Assembly (NCBI GenBank): GCA_000990325.1 | Contig: LBPS01000005.1 | Location: forward strand, 17,161-81,160 | DNA from: Candidatus Nomurabacteria bacterium GW2011_GWE2_34_25 | GTDB taxonomy: Bacteria > Patescibacteriota > Minisyncoccia > Phycocordibacterales > UBA9973 | DNA length: 64,000 nt | Reading direction: 5' to 3' | Part shown: positions 1-7,868 of the stretch, piece after piece | Layout: each line of letters starts with the position of its first letter | Numbering within the stretch: the first letter of the stretch is position 1 | Program-made: the position numbers and the translations under genes | The notes under the pieces: generated by a model | Databases searched by the model: none | Seen by the model: only the letters and a program-made list of their open reading frames with translations | Told to the model about the DNA's origin: nothing

Positions 1-17
1 CTTTTTTTGTTGGAGTT

Positions 18-1115
18 TTGTATTTATTGTCGACATTTTTTTTAATGGCAAAAGTAACTATTGTTGCTAAAAATAACAATTTCGAATTAAAACATCAGAA
101 ATTTAATGCTGGGAAGATGAAGCCAGGTGTTCCTTTTGAGCTTATGATTGTGTCCGACAGTGAATACAGAGACGTTGTCCTGACAAATGCCAAAGAAGTA
201 TCAGACAAGGCTAAGGGTGATATAACTTTATATAATGAATACAACACCAAAGCACAGAAGATAGTGGCTGGTACTTTCGTGGCTGATGAAAAGGGTAAAA
301 CTTATAAAACAAATACGACTGTTTCTATACCAGGCTATACTCTAGATAAATCAAAAAATATAATTCCAGGACAAATTTCTGTTGGTGTTACAGCATTTCT
401 CCATGGTGATGCTTACAATGGAAATCCAGAATCATTCTATATAAGTTCATTTAAGGGAACAGATAAATATAAAAAAATATATGGAAAAGCAAAAACCTCT
501 ATAAATGGAGGAATGACGGGGTTAGTATATCTTTTAGGTAATGAAGAAAAAGAAGATCTTTTACTAAAGACAGCTTCTTTCAAGGAGAAATTAATACGCA
601 AACTTTCTGCCCAAGTTCCAGCTGATTATATCTTATATCCTGATGCCGTTAGTTTCTCATATGAATTTGGAGAGAATTTATTATCTAAAACTCCAGATGC
701 CAAGATAGAAATGAAGGGTACTCTCAGTGCTTTTCTTTTGAAAGAAAATGGATTATCAGATTCTATTATTAGTAAATTATTACCAGGTATTTCCTCTTTT
801 GAAAAATCAGAAATAATAGGACCGAATCTTTCCAATTTATCTTTTAGATTTACAGATAAATCACAAATGGTAAATAAAGATATTGAAAATTTTGAATTTG
901 AATTAACTGGTAATTTACCCTTAAGCTGGAATCCGAATGTAGAGTTATTAAAGGGATTGTTGGTCAATAAACCCAAAAGTGAAGTATCAAAAATATTTAA
1001 ACAAGATCCTGGTATTGTATCAGCGACGGTGTCGATAATGCCATTTTGGTCTAAGATTTTACCAAAAGACATTAAAAATATAAATATAATAATAAAAAAA
1101 TTTGACGAAAAATAG
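18..1115 (+). CDS. hypothetical secreted/membrane-anchored protein; may start upstream of the window
   Basis: 365-aa ORF with a hydrophobic N-terminus (LLSTFFLMA). The frame is open back to position 1. I recognise no family. Confidence 0.4.
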   Translation: MYLLSTFFLMAKVTIVAKNNNFELKHQKFNAGKMKPGVPFELMIVSDSEYRDVVLTNAKEVSDKAKGDITLYNEYNTKAQKIVAGTFVADEKGKTYKTNTTVSIPGYTLDKSKNIIPGQISVGVTAFLHGDAYNGNPESFYISSFKGTDKYKKIYGKAKTSINGGMTGLVYLLGNEEKEDLLLKTASFKEKLIRKLSAQVPADYILYPDAVSFSYEFGENLLSKTPDAKIEMKGTLSAFLLKENGLSDSIISKLLPGISSFEKSEIIGPNLSNLSFRFTDKSQMVNKDIENFEFELTGNLPLSWNPNVELLKGLLVNKPKSEVSKIFKQDPGIVSATVSIMPFWSKILPKDIKNINIIIKKFDEK

Positions 1116-1143
1116 AATTTTTGTTATGATGTATTTACATTAA

Positions 1144-1359
1144 ATGAATCAAAGAGACGACAACAATACTGCCATAGGCATAGTTACAGAAGCCCTCCCA
1201 AATACACTCTTTCGAGTAGATATAGGTGGTGGTAAAATCATCATCAGCTATTTGTCTGGGAAGATGCGAATGCATAGGATTAAGGTTCTGTTGGGAGACA
1301 AAGTTGAAGTCCTTCTTGATCCGTATGGTGGTAAGGGAAGAATTATTAAGAGAGGGTAA
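1144..1359 (+). CDS. infA: translation initiation factor IF-1
   Basis: 71 aa; S1-like OB motif ...GKMR...RIKVLLGDKVEVLLDPYGGKGRII matches IF-1. Confidence 0.9.
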   Translation: MNQRDDNNTAIGIVTEALPNTLFRVDIGGGKIIISYLSGKMRMHRIKVLLGDKVEVLLDPYGGKGRIIKRG

Positions 1360-1466
1360 TGCCTCTTGCATTTTTATTTAAATAGTGTAATATAATTCGG
1401 TAATACGAAAGTTTCAATACAGGGTAGAACCCTTTATTTTTTCTTTCGCTTTATAGAGAGAAAAAT

Positions 1467-1577
1467 ATGAAAATTAAATCAGCTGTCAAAAAAATCTGTG
1501 CGAAATGTAAAATGGTAAAACGGGAAGGTCATCTCCGTGTTATTTGTACTAATCCTAAACATAAACAAAAACAATAA
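1467..1577 (+). CDS. rpmJ: 50S ribosomal protein L36
   Basis: Hand-translated 36-aa [39 protein letters not shown]. It has the zinc-ribbon CxxC...C...H signature of L36 and sits between infA and rpsM. It is below the 60-aa cutoff of the ORF track. Confidence 0.85.
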   Translation: MKIKSAVKKICAKCKMVKREGHLRVICTNPKHKQKQ

Positions 1578-1583
1578 TTATAT

Positions 1584-1964
1584 ATGAGAATTCTTGGTAT
1601 AACAATCCCTAATAATAAACACCTAGACGTTGGGCTCACTGCTCTTTTTGGTATAGGTATTTCTAGAGCTCGTGCTATTTTAAAAGAAGTTGATATTGAT
1701 CCAAATATCAAGGCAGATACTCTAACAGTAGATCAAGAAAATGCTATACGTAAAGTTATAGAAACAATGTCTATAGAAGGGTCTCTAAAACGTGAAATTG
1801 CTTCCAATGTAAAAAGATTGAAAGATATCAAATCATACAGAGGAGTCAGACACATGAGAAGATTACCAGTCAACGGTCAGCGTACTAAAACAAACTCCAG
1901 AACTATTAGAGGTAATGTACGTAAAACAATGGCATCTGGTCGCCGAAAAGAAAGTAAGACATAG
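1584..1964 (+). CDS. rpsM: 30S ribosomal protein S13
   Basis: ILGITIPNNKHLDVGLTALFGIG...YRGVRHMRRLPVNGQRTKTN is a canonical S13. Confidence 0.95.
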   Translation: MRILGITIPNNKHLDVGLTALFGIGISRARAILKEVDIDPNIKADTLTVDQENAIRKVIETMSIEGSLKREIASNVKRLKDIKSYRGVRHMRRLPVNGQRTKTNSRTIRGNVRKTMASGRRKESKT

Positions 1965-2009
1965 GTCAAGTGACCAAGTAGAAAGTTATAAACTTTAAGA
2001 ATTAAAATT

Positions 2010-2462
2010 ATGGGAAAAGTAAAAATTATAAATAAAGAAGAGGAAGCTAAAACAGTAGTAGAAGAAGCTACTTTAGACACAGCGCCCAAAGCCGGGATTA
2101 AAGTACCTAAAAAGAAGGTTGTTGCAGGTACTTTACACGTAGAAGCCACTTTTAATAATACTAAGGTTGTACTTTCTGACAAAGAAGGCAATACATTATT
2201 CTGGACTTCAGCCGGATCTCTTGGTTTCAAAGGTGCAAAGAAGGGAACTCCTTTTGCGGCTTCAAAAGCTGGTTCAGTAGTAGGTGAAAAAGCAAAGGCT
2301 CTTGGTATAAAAGAAGTTGATGTAAAAGTAAAAGGGGTTGGTTCGGGACGAGAGCCTACGATTCGTGCATTTATGGCTTATGATATTGAAATTTCAGGAG
2401 TAAGAGATATGACGCCAGTTCCTCACAATGGTCCAAAACCTAAGAAACCACGCAGAGTATAA
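2010..2462 (+). CDS. rpsK: 30S ribosomal protein S11
   Basis: HVEATFNNTKVVLSD...GREPTIRA matches S11, with an N-terminal extension. Confidence 0.93.
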   Translation: MGKVKIINKEEEAKTVVEEATLDTAPKAGIKVPKKKVVAGTLHVEATFNNTKVVLSDKEGNTLFWTSAGSLGFKGAKKGTPFAASKAGSVVGEKAKALGIKEVDVKVKGVGSGREPTIRAFMAYDIEISGVRDMTPVPHNGPKPKKPRRV

Positions 2463-2517
2463 TATAATTACGAATTAAGAATCAGAATTAAGAATTTAGA
2501 AAGACAAAAAACAACAA

Positions 2518-3126
2518 ATGAAAACAGTAAAAAAATACAAAATAGGTAGAAGATTGGGTGCTGGAGTATTTGAAAAATGCCAGACAGCTAAATTCGTTGC
2601 TTCTGAAGCTCGTCATGCGAAGAATTCAAAAAATAAAAGACCCAAGATGCTTTCTGGATATGCCCTTCAGTTCGTAGAAAAACAAAAAGTTCGTTTTATG
2701 TATGGTATCAGTGAAAAGCAATTTTCTAACTATGTAAAAGAAGCTGTGTCAACTAAAGGAACTCTTGCAACTGAAACCCTTTTTGAATTACTTGAAACCA
2801 GACTTGATAATGTTGTTTACAGATTAGGACTTGCTCATACTCGTCGCCTTTCTCGTCAAATGACTTCCCACGGACACATCACGGTAAATGGAAAGAAAAC
2901 AACAGTACCTTCTCTTCGTGTTAAGGTTGGAGATGTTATCGTAGTACGTGCTGGCAGTCAAAAGAGTGTTATGTTTGCAGATATGGTAAAGAAAATGAAA
3001 GAATACACTTGTCCAAACTGGCTTACTATGAATGGAGAAACATTGACCGGAAAAGTTGTTGGCAAGCCTAAAAATATAGAAGGTTTCCTTGATCTCAACA
3101 CAGTCCTTGAATTTTATAGTCGTTAA
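2518..3126 (+). CDS. rpsD: 30S ribosomal protein S4
   Basis: LETRLDNVVYRLGLAHTRRLSRQ...VNGKK...PSLRVKVGD matches the S4 domain. Confidence 0.95.
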   Translation: MKTVKKYKIGRRLGAGVFEKCQTAKFVASEARHAKNSKNKRPKMLSGYALQFVEKQKVRFMYGISEKQFSNYVKEAVSTKGTLATETLFELLETRLDNVVYRLGLAHTRRLSRQMTSHGHITVNGKKTTVPSLRVKVGDVIVVRAGSQKSVMFADMVKKMKEYTCPNWLTMNGETLTGKVVGKPKNIEGFLDLNTVLEFYSR

Positions 3127-3241
3127 TATTAGTAACGTATGGTTAATTTTAATAAATAATCTATTGCGAGTTTACTCGTAAATAAAATATGTCAGATTTA
3201 AATATCATATTACCATCCAAATTATCCATCGTTTCCATACC

Positions 3242-4114
3242 TTGGGCAATTCTCTACGCCGTATAATCCTTTCGTCATTATCAGGTTCTGCTATTACTAC
3301 TCTCAAGATAGAGGGAGCAAATCATGAGTTCTCTGTCTTAGATGGAGTTAAGGAAGATGTTATTACAATCCTGCTTCATTTAAAGCAAGTTCGTTTTCGT
3401 CTTCTTACTGACGAACCTCAAACAGTCAAACTTGTAGTCAAAGGGCCAAAGCTAGTAACAGCTTCCGACATAGAAGTCGGTGGTCAAGTAGAGGTTTTAA
3501 ATAAAGATTTATATATTGCAGAAGTTACATCAAAAGCCAATCTTTCAATAGAAATGACCATAGAGAAAGGTCTTGGTTTCGTATCAAAAGAAGTTCATCA
3601 AAAAGAAAAGAATGATGTTGGCACTATATCTGTAGACGCTATTTTCACACCTATCAGACGTGTTGCATATGAAGTTGAAAACATGCGCGTTGGAGATAAG
3701 ACTAACCACAATCGCCTACGTATGACTATAGAGACAGACGGCACACTTACCCCTCGTGAAGCGCTAGAGAAGGCTATTGTTATAATGGTAGAGCAGTTAC
3801 AAGCTATTATAGGATTTACTGTTACCAATCGATCATTACCTAAAGAAGAAAATGAAGAAGTTTCAAAAATAAAAAAGGAATCAGATGAAGAAAAAGGAGA
3901 AGGCAATGAATTTACAGATATATTGAAAACTCGTATTGATACCCTAACTCTTTCTACTAGAACACTCAATGCATTGACAGACGCCAACATCCGCACCATC
4001 GGAGGTATAGCAAGAAAAAAGAAAGAAGACTTGCTTGAGATAGATGGTATCGGAGATAAAGGAATTCAAGAGATAAAGAAAGTTCTTGGAGAATATGGCA
4101 TAACACTAAAGTAA
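3242..4114 (+). CDS. rpoA: DNA-directed RNA polymerase alpha subunit (5' boundary uncertain)
   Basis: HTLGNSLRRIILSS and an alpha-CTD LTLSTRTLNAL...GDKGIQEIKKVLGEYGI. The track start is a TTG inside the conserved TLGN motif, so the N-terminus is unresolved (see findings). Confidence 0.9.
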   Translation: MGNSLRRIILSSLSGSAITTLKIEGANHEFSVLDGVKEDVITILLHLKQVRFRLLTDEPQTVKLVVKGPKLVTASDIEVGGQVEVLNKDLYIAEVTSKANLSIEMTIEKGLGFVSKEVHQKEKNDVGTISVDAIFTPIRRVAYEVENMRVGDKTNHNRLRMTIETDGTLTPREALEKAIVIMVEQLQAIIGFTVTNRSLPKEENEEVSKIKKESDEEKGEGNEFTDILKTRIDTLTLSTRTLNALTDANIRTIGGIARKKKEDLLEIDGIGDKGIQEIKKVLGEYGITLK

Positions 4115-4177
4115 TTAAGAATTAGGAATTAATAATTAAGAATTAACATATGAGACACGGAAATAATGTAAGAAAAT

Positions 4178-4450
4178 TTGGGAGAAATAAGAATCAGAAC
4201 AAGTGAAGCTAAGGCCAAGGAGCTTCGTCCTGCAATAGAGAAAATGATTACCAAAGCAAATCTTGGAACTCTAGCATCACGAAGACTTGTAATTTCACGT
4301 TTATATGGTTTGACAGCAGAAGCAAGTAAATTAATCGATACCATTGCTCCAAAGTACAAAGGTCGTACTGGAGGCTATACACGCATCACAAAGCTTGGAG
4401 CTCGTGCTAGTGGAGATGCAAGCAAGATGGCAGTAATTGAATTTATATAA
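4178..4450 (+). CDS. rplQ: 50S ribosomal protein L17 (5' boundary uncertain)
   Basis: ...AKAKELRP...[26 protein letters not shown] is the L17 C-terminal core. It uses a TTG start, and an L17-like N-terminus ([18 protein letters not shown]) lies in another frame at 4150-4206. Confidence 0.85.
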   Translation: MGEIRIRTSEAKAKELRPAIEKMITKANLGTLASRRLVISRLYGLTAEASKLIDTIAPKYKGRTGGYTRITKLGARASGDASKMAVIEFI

Positions 4451-4805
4451 TATTATGACAACAGTACATACAATCGATGCAGAGGGGAAAGTATTGGGAC
4501 GCGTAGCAAGTGCTGCTGCGAAGGCTCTTATGGGTAAAACATCAGCAGAGTATACAGCAAACAAAGTTGCAGATGTTCGTGTATATATTAAGAATGTGTC
4601 CAAGACTAAGGTTACAGAAAAGAGATTGAAAGAGACTCTCCATGAGACTTATTCAGGTCAGCCAGGAGGATTCAAACAAAAGACGAACGAAAAGATAATC
4701 GAGAAGAAAGGTTGGACAAAATTATACGAACTCGCAGTATATGGAATGCTTCCATCTAACAAACTTCGACCTCTAATGATGAAACGTTTAACAATAACTG
4801 AATAA
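4437..4805 (+). CDS. rplM: 50S ribosomal protein L13
   Basis: [13 protein letters not shown]...AEYT...GGFKQ...AVYGMLP matches L13. Confidence 0.9.
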   Translation: MNLYNIMTTVHTIDAEGKVLGRVASAAAKALMGKTSAEYTANKVADVRVYIKNVSKTKVTEKRLKETLHETYSGQPGGFKQKTNEKIIEKKGWTKLYELAVYGMLPSNKLRPLMMKRLTITE

Positions 4806-4810
4806 TAAAT

Positions 4811-5236
4811 ATGGCTGAGAAAAAAACAACAACTAAAGAGAAAGGCAAAGAATACTTCAGAGCTATCGGTCGCAGAAAGACTGCTGTAGCTGTGGTACGT
4901 TTGTATAAGGCAACAAAGACTACTTATAAAGTAAATGGTAAAGATTTTACAGAATATTTCGGAACTCCCGAATTGAAGAAGATAGTGACAGGTGCATTTG
5001 AAACAGCAACACCAGCGGAGAAGTTTGAAGTGGTAGTTACTACAAAGGGTGGAGGTTCACATGCTCAAGCTGAAGCTGTCCGTCACGGTATCTCTCGTGC
5101 GTTGGTTCTATATGATGCAGAACTACGTTCTAGTCTTAAGAAAGCTAAAATGCTTAAGCGTGATCCTCGTACAGTTGAACGTAAAAAATTCGGACTCAAG
5201 AAAGCAAGAAAGAGCCCACAATGGAGTAAACGTTAA
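4811..5236 (+). CDS. rpsI: 30S ribosomal protein S9
   Basis: GGGSHAQAEAVRHGISRAL...KKARKSPQWSKR is the canonical S9 C-terminus. Confidence 0.95.
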   Translation: MAEKKTTTKEKGKEYFRAIGRRKTAVAVVRLYKATKTTYKVNGKDFTEYFGTPELKKIVTGAFETATPAEKFEVVVTTKGGGSHAQAEAVRHGISRALVLYDAELRSSLKKAKMLKRDPRTVERKKFGLKKARKSPQWSKR

Positions 5237-5264
5237 TAAAAAGACCTCGAAAGAGGTCTTTTTA
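5237..5264 (+). terminator. rho-independent terminator after rpsI
   Basis: aagacctc-gaaa-gaggtctt hairpin followed by a T run. Confidence 0.8.
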
Positions 5265-5277
5265 AGTTTACTCCATT

Positions 5278-5480
5278 GTGGGGAGAAAGGGGTCGGGGAA
5301 ACTCCGGTTTCCTTACAGGAACTGTCCGCTCATTGGATTTTATGTGTGAGTACATACAAAAAACCTCAATGAGCCTTGCGGAGTTCCAAGTATTCACTCC
5401 TCACCCCGTGGAGGAAGGCAGGGTACTCCCGTTGGAAAACCGTGGGTTTCCAAAGAGCCGGAGGCGACCACATTGGTCAA
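5278..5480 (+). ncRNA. candidate structured ncRNA (GC-rich island)
   Basis: A ~200-nt GC-rich segment in an AT-rich genome with multiple nested complementary helices. Examples are GGAACTgtCCGC/GCGGAGTTCC, GCTCATTG/CAATGAGC, and 5' GGAAACTCCGG against 3' CCGGAGG. It is flanked by a duplicated rpsI 3' end, and its own terminator lies at 5494-5524. Confidence 0.4.
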
Positions 5481-5493
5481 AACGTTAATATAC

Positions 5494-5524
5494 AAAAAAC
5501 TTCCTGCATGGGAAGTTTTTTTTG
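5494..5524 (+). terminator. rho-independent terminator
   Basis: aacttcc-tgcatg-ggaagtt followed by T8. Confidence 0.8.
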
Positions 5525-5556
5525 TATAAATATATTGAAATGATATAATATTTTAT

Positions 5557-6420
5557 ATGCAAAATCTATCATGGTTTCCATTTTCAATTATTGCAGTTAT
5601 CTGTTTTGGTTTTTCTATGGCTTTCTATAAATTTCCAGCTGCTAAAAACCAGAGTAGGTACTCAGTATCTTTTTGGCAATTATTTATATCTTTCCTATTA
5701 TCTTTAGTTGTTTTCTATAAATATATTCCTGCTACAAATTTAACCACTATAATATATGGCTCTTTATGGGGTTTCTCTTTTTTGTGTTTATCTGTGCTTC
5801 AAATGAAAGCTCTAAAGGAAATAGATACAAATATGTTATACCCAGTTACAACATCCCTAAGTCTAGTTATTTCTGTAATGTTTGGAGTGTTATTTTTTAG
5901 GGATGCTATATCTTGGCTTCAGATTATTGGAATAATTCTAGTAATAATGGTTGTTTATTTATTTTCATATAAAGGTAAAAGTCTACAATATTCAAATAAG
6001 ATTTTAATTATAGGGTTAGGAGTAATTTCATTGTCTACATTCGGTAAAATAATTCAAAAATTTGCTACAGGAGTAAGTTCTGTAAATATAAATACACTTC
6101 AGGTTTACCAGTATCTTTCAGCTGCAATATTCTCATTACTGTTGTACTTATATATAAATAGAAATAAAGCAAACAAAAAACCACATATTGGCTCTATTAT
6201 TTCTGGAGCAATGATTGCTATACCAAGTTTTTTGGGTGGCTTTATGTGGTTAATTGCTTTAAAACGCGGACCGTTTTCTCTGGTGTCTTCTGTTCATTCT
6301 CTTTATATTTTAGTGGTGGCGGTGATTGCGTATTTTATGTTTAAGGAAAAACTAACGTTTAAAAAAATAATATTAATTTTAATTGCCATTTTAGCAATGA
6401 TTTTAATAAAAGTTGGATAA
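5557..6420 (+). CDS. DMT/EamA-like integral membrane transporter
   Basis: 287 aa with about 10 hydrophobic helices in two repeated halves. This is typical of drug/metabolite transporters; family assignment is by architecture only. Confidence 0.45.
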   Translation: MQNLSWFPFSIIAVICFGFSMAFYKFPAAKNQSRYSVSFWQLFISFLLSLVVFYKYIPATNLTTIIYGSLWGFSFLCLSVLQMKALKEIDTNMLYPVTTSLSLVISVMFGVLFFRDAISWLQIIGIILVIMVVYLFSYKGKSLQYSNKILIIGLGVISLSTFGKIIQKFATGVSSVNINTLQVYQYLSAAIFSLLLYLYINRNKANKKPHIGSIISGAMIAIPSFLGGFMWLIALKRGPFSLVSSVHSLYILVVAVIAYFMFKEKLTFKKIILILIAILAMILIKVG

Positions 6421-6440
6421 TAAACTCATCTCTAGTTGTT

Positions 6441-7153
6441 TCCAGCCTTGCTGGTAAAATTATGCATGATATAATACAAAAATGTCAATACGTAAGGTAA
6501 ATTTTGTTCACGGGGAATATTATCACATATATAATCGTGGAAATAGTAAACAAAAAATATTTCAAGATAAGGAAGATTATGAATATTTTCTTAAATTGCT
6601 TTTTATTGCAAATGGTGAAGAAAAATTTAAATTTCATTTTTTAGAAGGTAATGTTTATGAAGCTAAAAGAGGGAATCAACTTGTTGGTATTGGTGCTTAT
6701 GTTTTAATGCCAAATCATTTCCATATACTTATAACCGAAACCCAAGAAGGTGGTATAAGTAAATTTTTACATAAAGTTTCAAGTGGTTATTCTCACTATT
6801 ATAATAAAAAATACGAAAGAACAGGATCTTTATTTGAAGGAAAGTTCAAATCAGAATATATAGATAATAATCGTTATTTTAAATATCTGTTCTCATATAT
6901 TCATCTAAATCCTATTAAGTTGATTCAGAAAAATTGGAAAGAAGAGGGTATCAAGGAGAAAGAAAATATTTTGTATTTTCTTAATGATTATAAATATTCT
7001 AGTTATAAAGATTATTTAAATATATCTAGACAAGAAAATTTAATTCTTAATAGAAAAGATTTTCCCAACTATTTTTCATCAAAAAATACATTTTTAAAAG
7101 AAATATTTGACTGGATTAAGATAGAATTGTAAAATTTTACCAGCAAGGCTGGA
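6441..7153 (+). mobile_element. RAYT-type (IS200-like Y1 transposase) unit bounded by 21-bp perfect inverted REP-like hairpin repeats
   Basis: 6441-6461 TCCAGCCTTGCTGGTAAAATT is the exact reverse complement of 7133-7153. Each arm contains the hairpin CCAGC-CTT-GCTGG. Confidence 0.7.
6482..7132 (+). CDS. IS200/REP-associated tyrosine (Y1, HuH) transposase-like protein
   Basis: YHIYNRGN...KIF, HuH motif LMPNHFHILI, ...RTGSLFEGKFKS... and a catalytic-Tyr region YIHLNPIK. This matches the Y1_Tnp (IS200-like) / RAYT fold. Confidence 0.75.
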   Translation: MSIRKVNFVHGEYYHIYNRGNSKQKIFQDKEDYEYFLKLLFIANGEEKFKFHFLEGNVYEAKRGNQLVGIGAYVLMPNHFHILITETQEGGISKFLHKVSSGYSHYYNKKYERTGSLFEGKFKSEYIDNNRYFKYLFSYIHLNPIKLIQKNWKEEGIKEKENILYFLNDYKYSSYKDYLNISRQENLILNRKDFPNYFSSKNTFLKEIFDWIKIEL

Positions 7154-7214
7154 ATAATATGATTTTTAAAAACAAAGACTTGAAAAAGTCTCTATTTTTG
7201 TATAAGATAAGAAT

Positions 7215-7868
7215 ATGAAAGATGAAGAAATAATAGATAATGAGAAATCTACAGAGGAAAAAGAAAGTATTATAAAGAGAGAAGATCGTTTTAATCCCAT
7301 TGAACTGTCTTCTGGGGAACTTCACGTTGAACCAGACATGATATATGTTGATAGTGATGAAGATGGAGATGCATTGCCATCAAAAGATGTTGTAAAAAAA
7401 CTACGTGAAGAATTAAAAACTTTAAGAAAGGAGAAAGAAGAATATTTGACAGGCTGGCAGAGAGCGAAAGCAGACTATGTGAATTTACAGAAAGAGCTTG
7501 ATTTAGCCCGAATAAATATATCTATTTTAACTAAAGAAAAAATGGTAGAGAAGTTGCTTCCAAGTCTCGATAGTTTCGAGATGGCGTTTTCAAATAAAGA
7601 ACATTGGGAGAAAATAGACAAAGATTGGCAAAATGGCATAACTTCTATATATCAGCAACTTACCTCTGGGTTATCTGAAGCAGGAATTGAAAAAATAGAT
7701 CAGATTGGAATTCCATTTGATCCTAACGTTCATCAGTCTATAAGCATCGTAGCTACAGAAGACCAGACGAAAGATCACACGGTAGAAAAAGTTCTACAAG
7801 TAGGATATAAAATAGGAGAAAGAGTTATTCGCCCAGCCAAAGTCACTATTTTTGAATACAAGAAATAA
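7215..7868 (+). CDS. grpE: nucleotide exchange factor GrpE
   Basis: Coiled-coil N-terminus, then LTGWQRAKADYVN...VIRPAKVTIF, the GrpE signature. It lies upstream of dnaK. Confidence 0.9.
   Translation: MKDEEIIDNEKSTEEKESIIKREDRFNPIELSSGELHVEPDMIYVDSDEDGDALPSKDVVKKLREELKTLRKEKEEYLTGWQRAKADYVNLQKELDLARINISILTKEKMVEKLLPSLDSFEMAFSNKEHWEKIDKDWQNGITSIYQQLTSGLSEAGIEKIDQIGIPFDPNVHQSISIVATEDQTKDHTVEKVLQVGYKIGERVIRPAKVTIFEYKK

Noticed and set aside
626-1072. 148-aa ORF on the minus strand inside the first hypothetical gene
   Set aside because: It is entirely antisense to a longer ORF with coherent composition. It has no motifs and is a typical shadow ORF.
1432-1455. Possible weak terminator or attenuator after infA (AGGGT-aga-ACCCT followed by T run)
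   Set aside because: The stem is only 5 bp. A promoter-like TAATATAAT precedes it. It is too weak to call confidently.
3598-3999. 133-aa minus-strand ORF inside rpoA
   Set aside because: It is antisense to a clearly homologous rpoA reading frame. The Ser-rich, low-complexity translation is typical of shadow ORFs.
5049-5488. Two overlapping plus-strand ORFs (107 aa and 70 aa) after rpsI
   Set aside because: They run across two terminators and a GC-rich structured segment. The 70-aa ORF only mimics the S9 C-terminus because the rpsI 3' end is duplicated. The region is better explained as an ncRNA or duplication than as coding.
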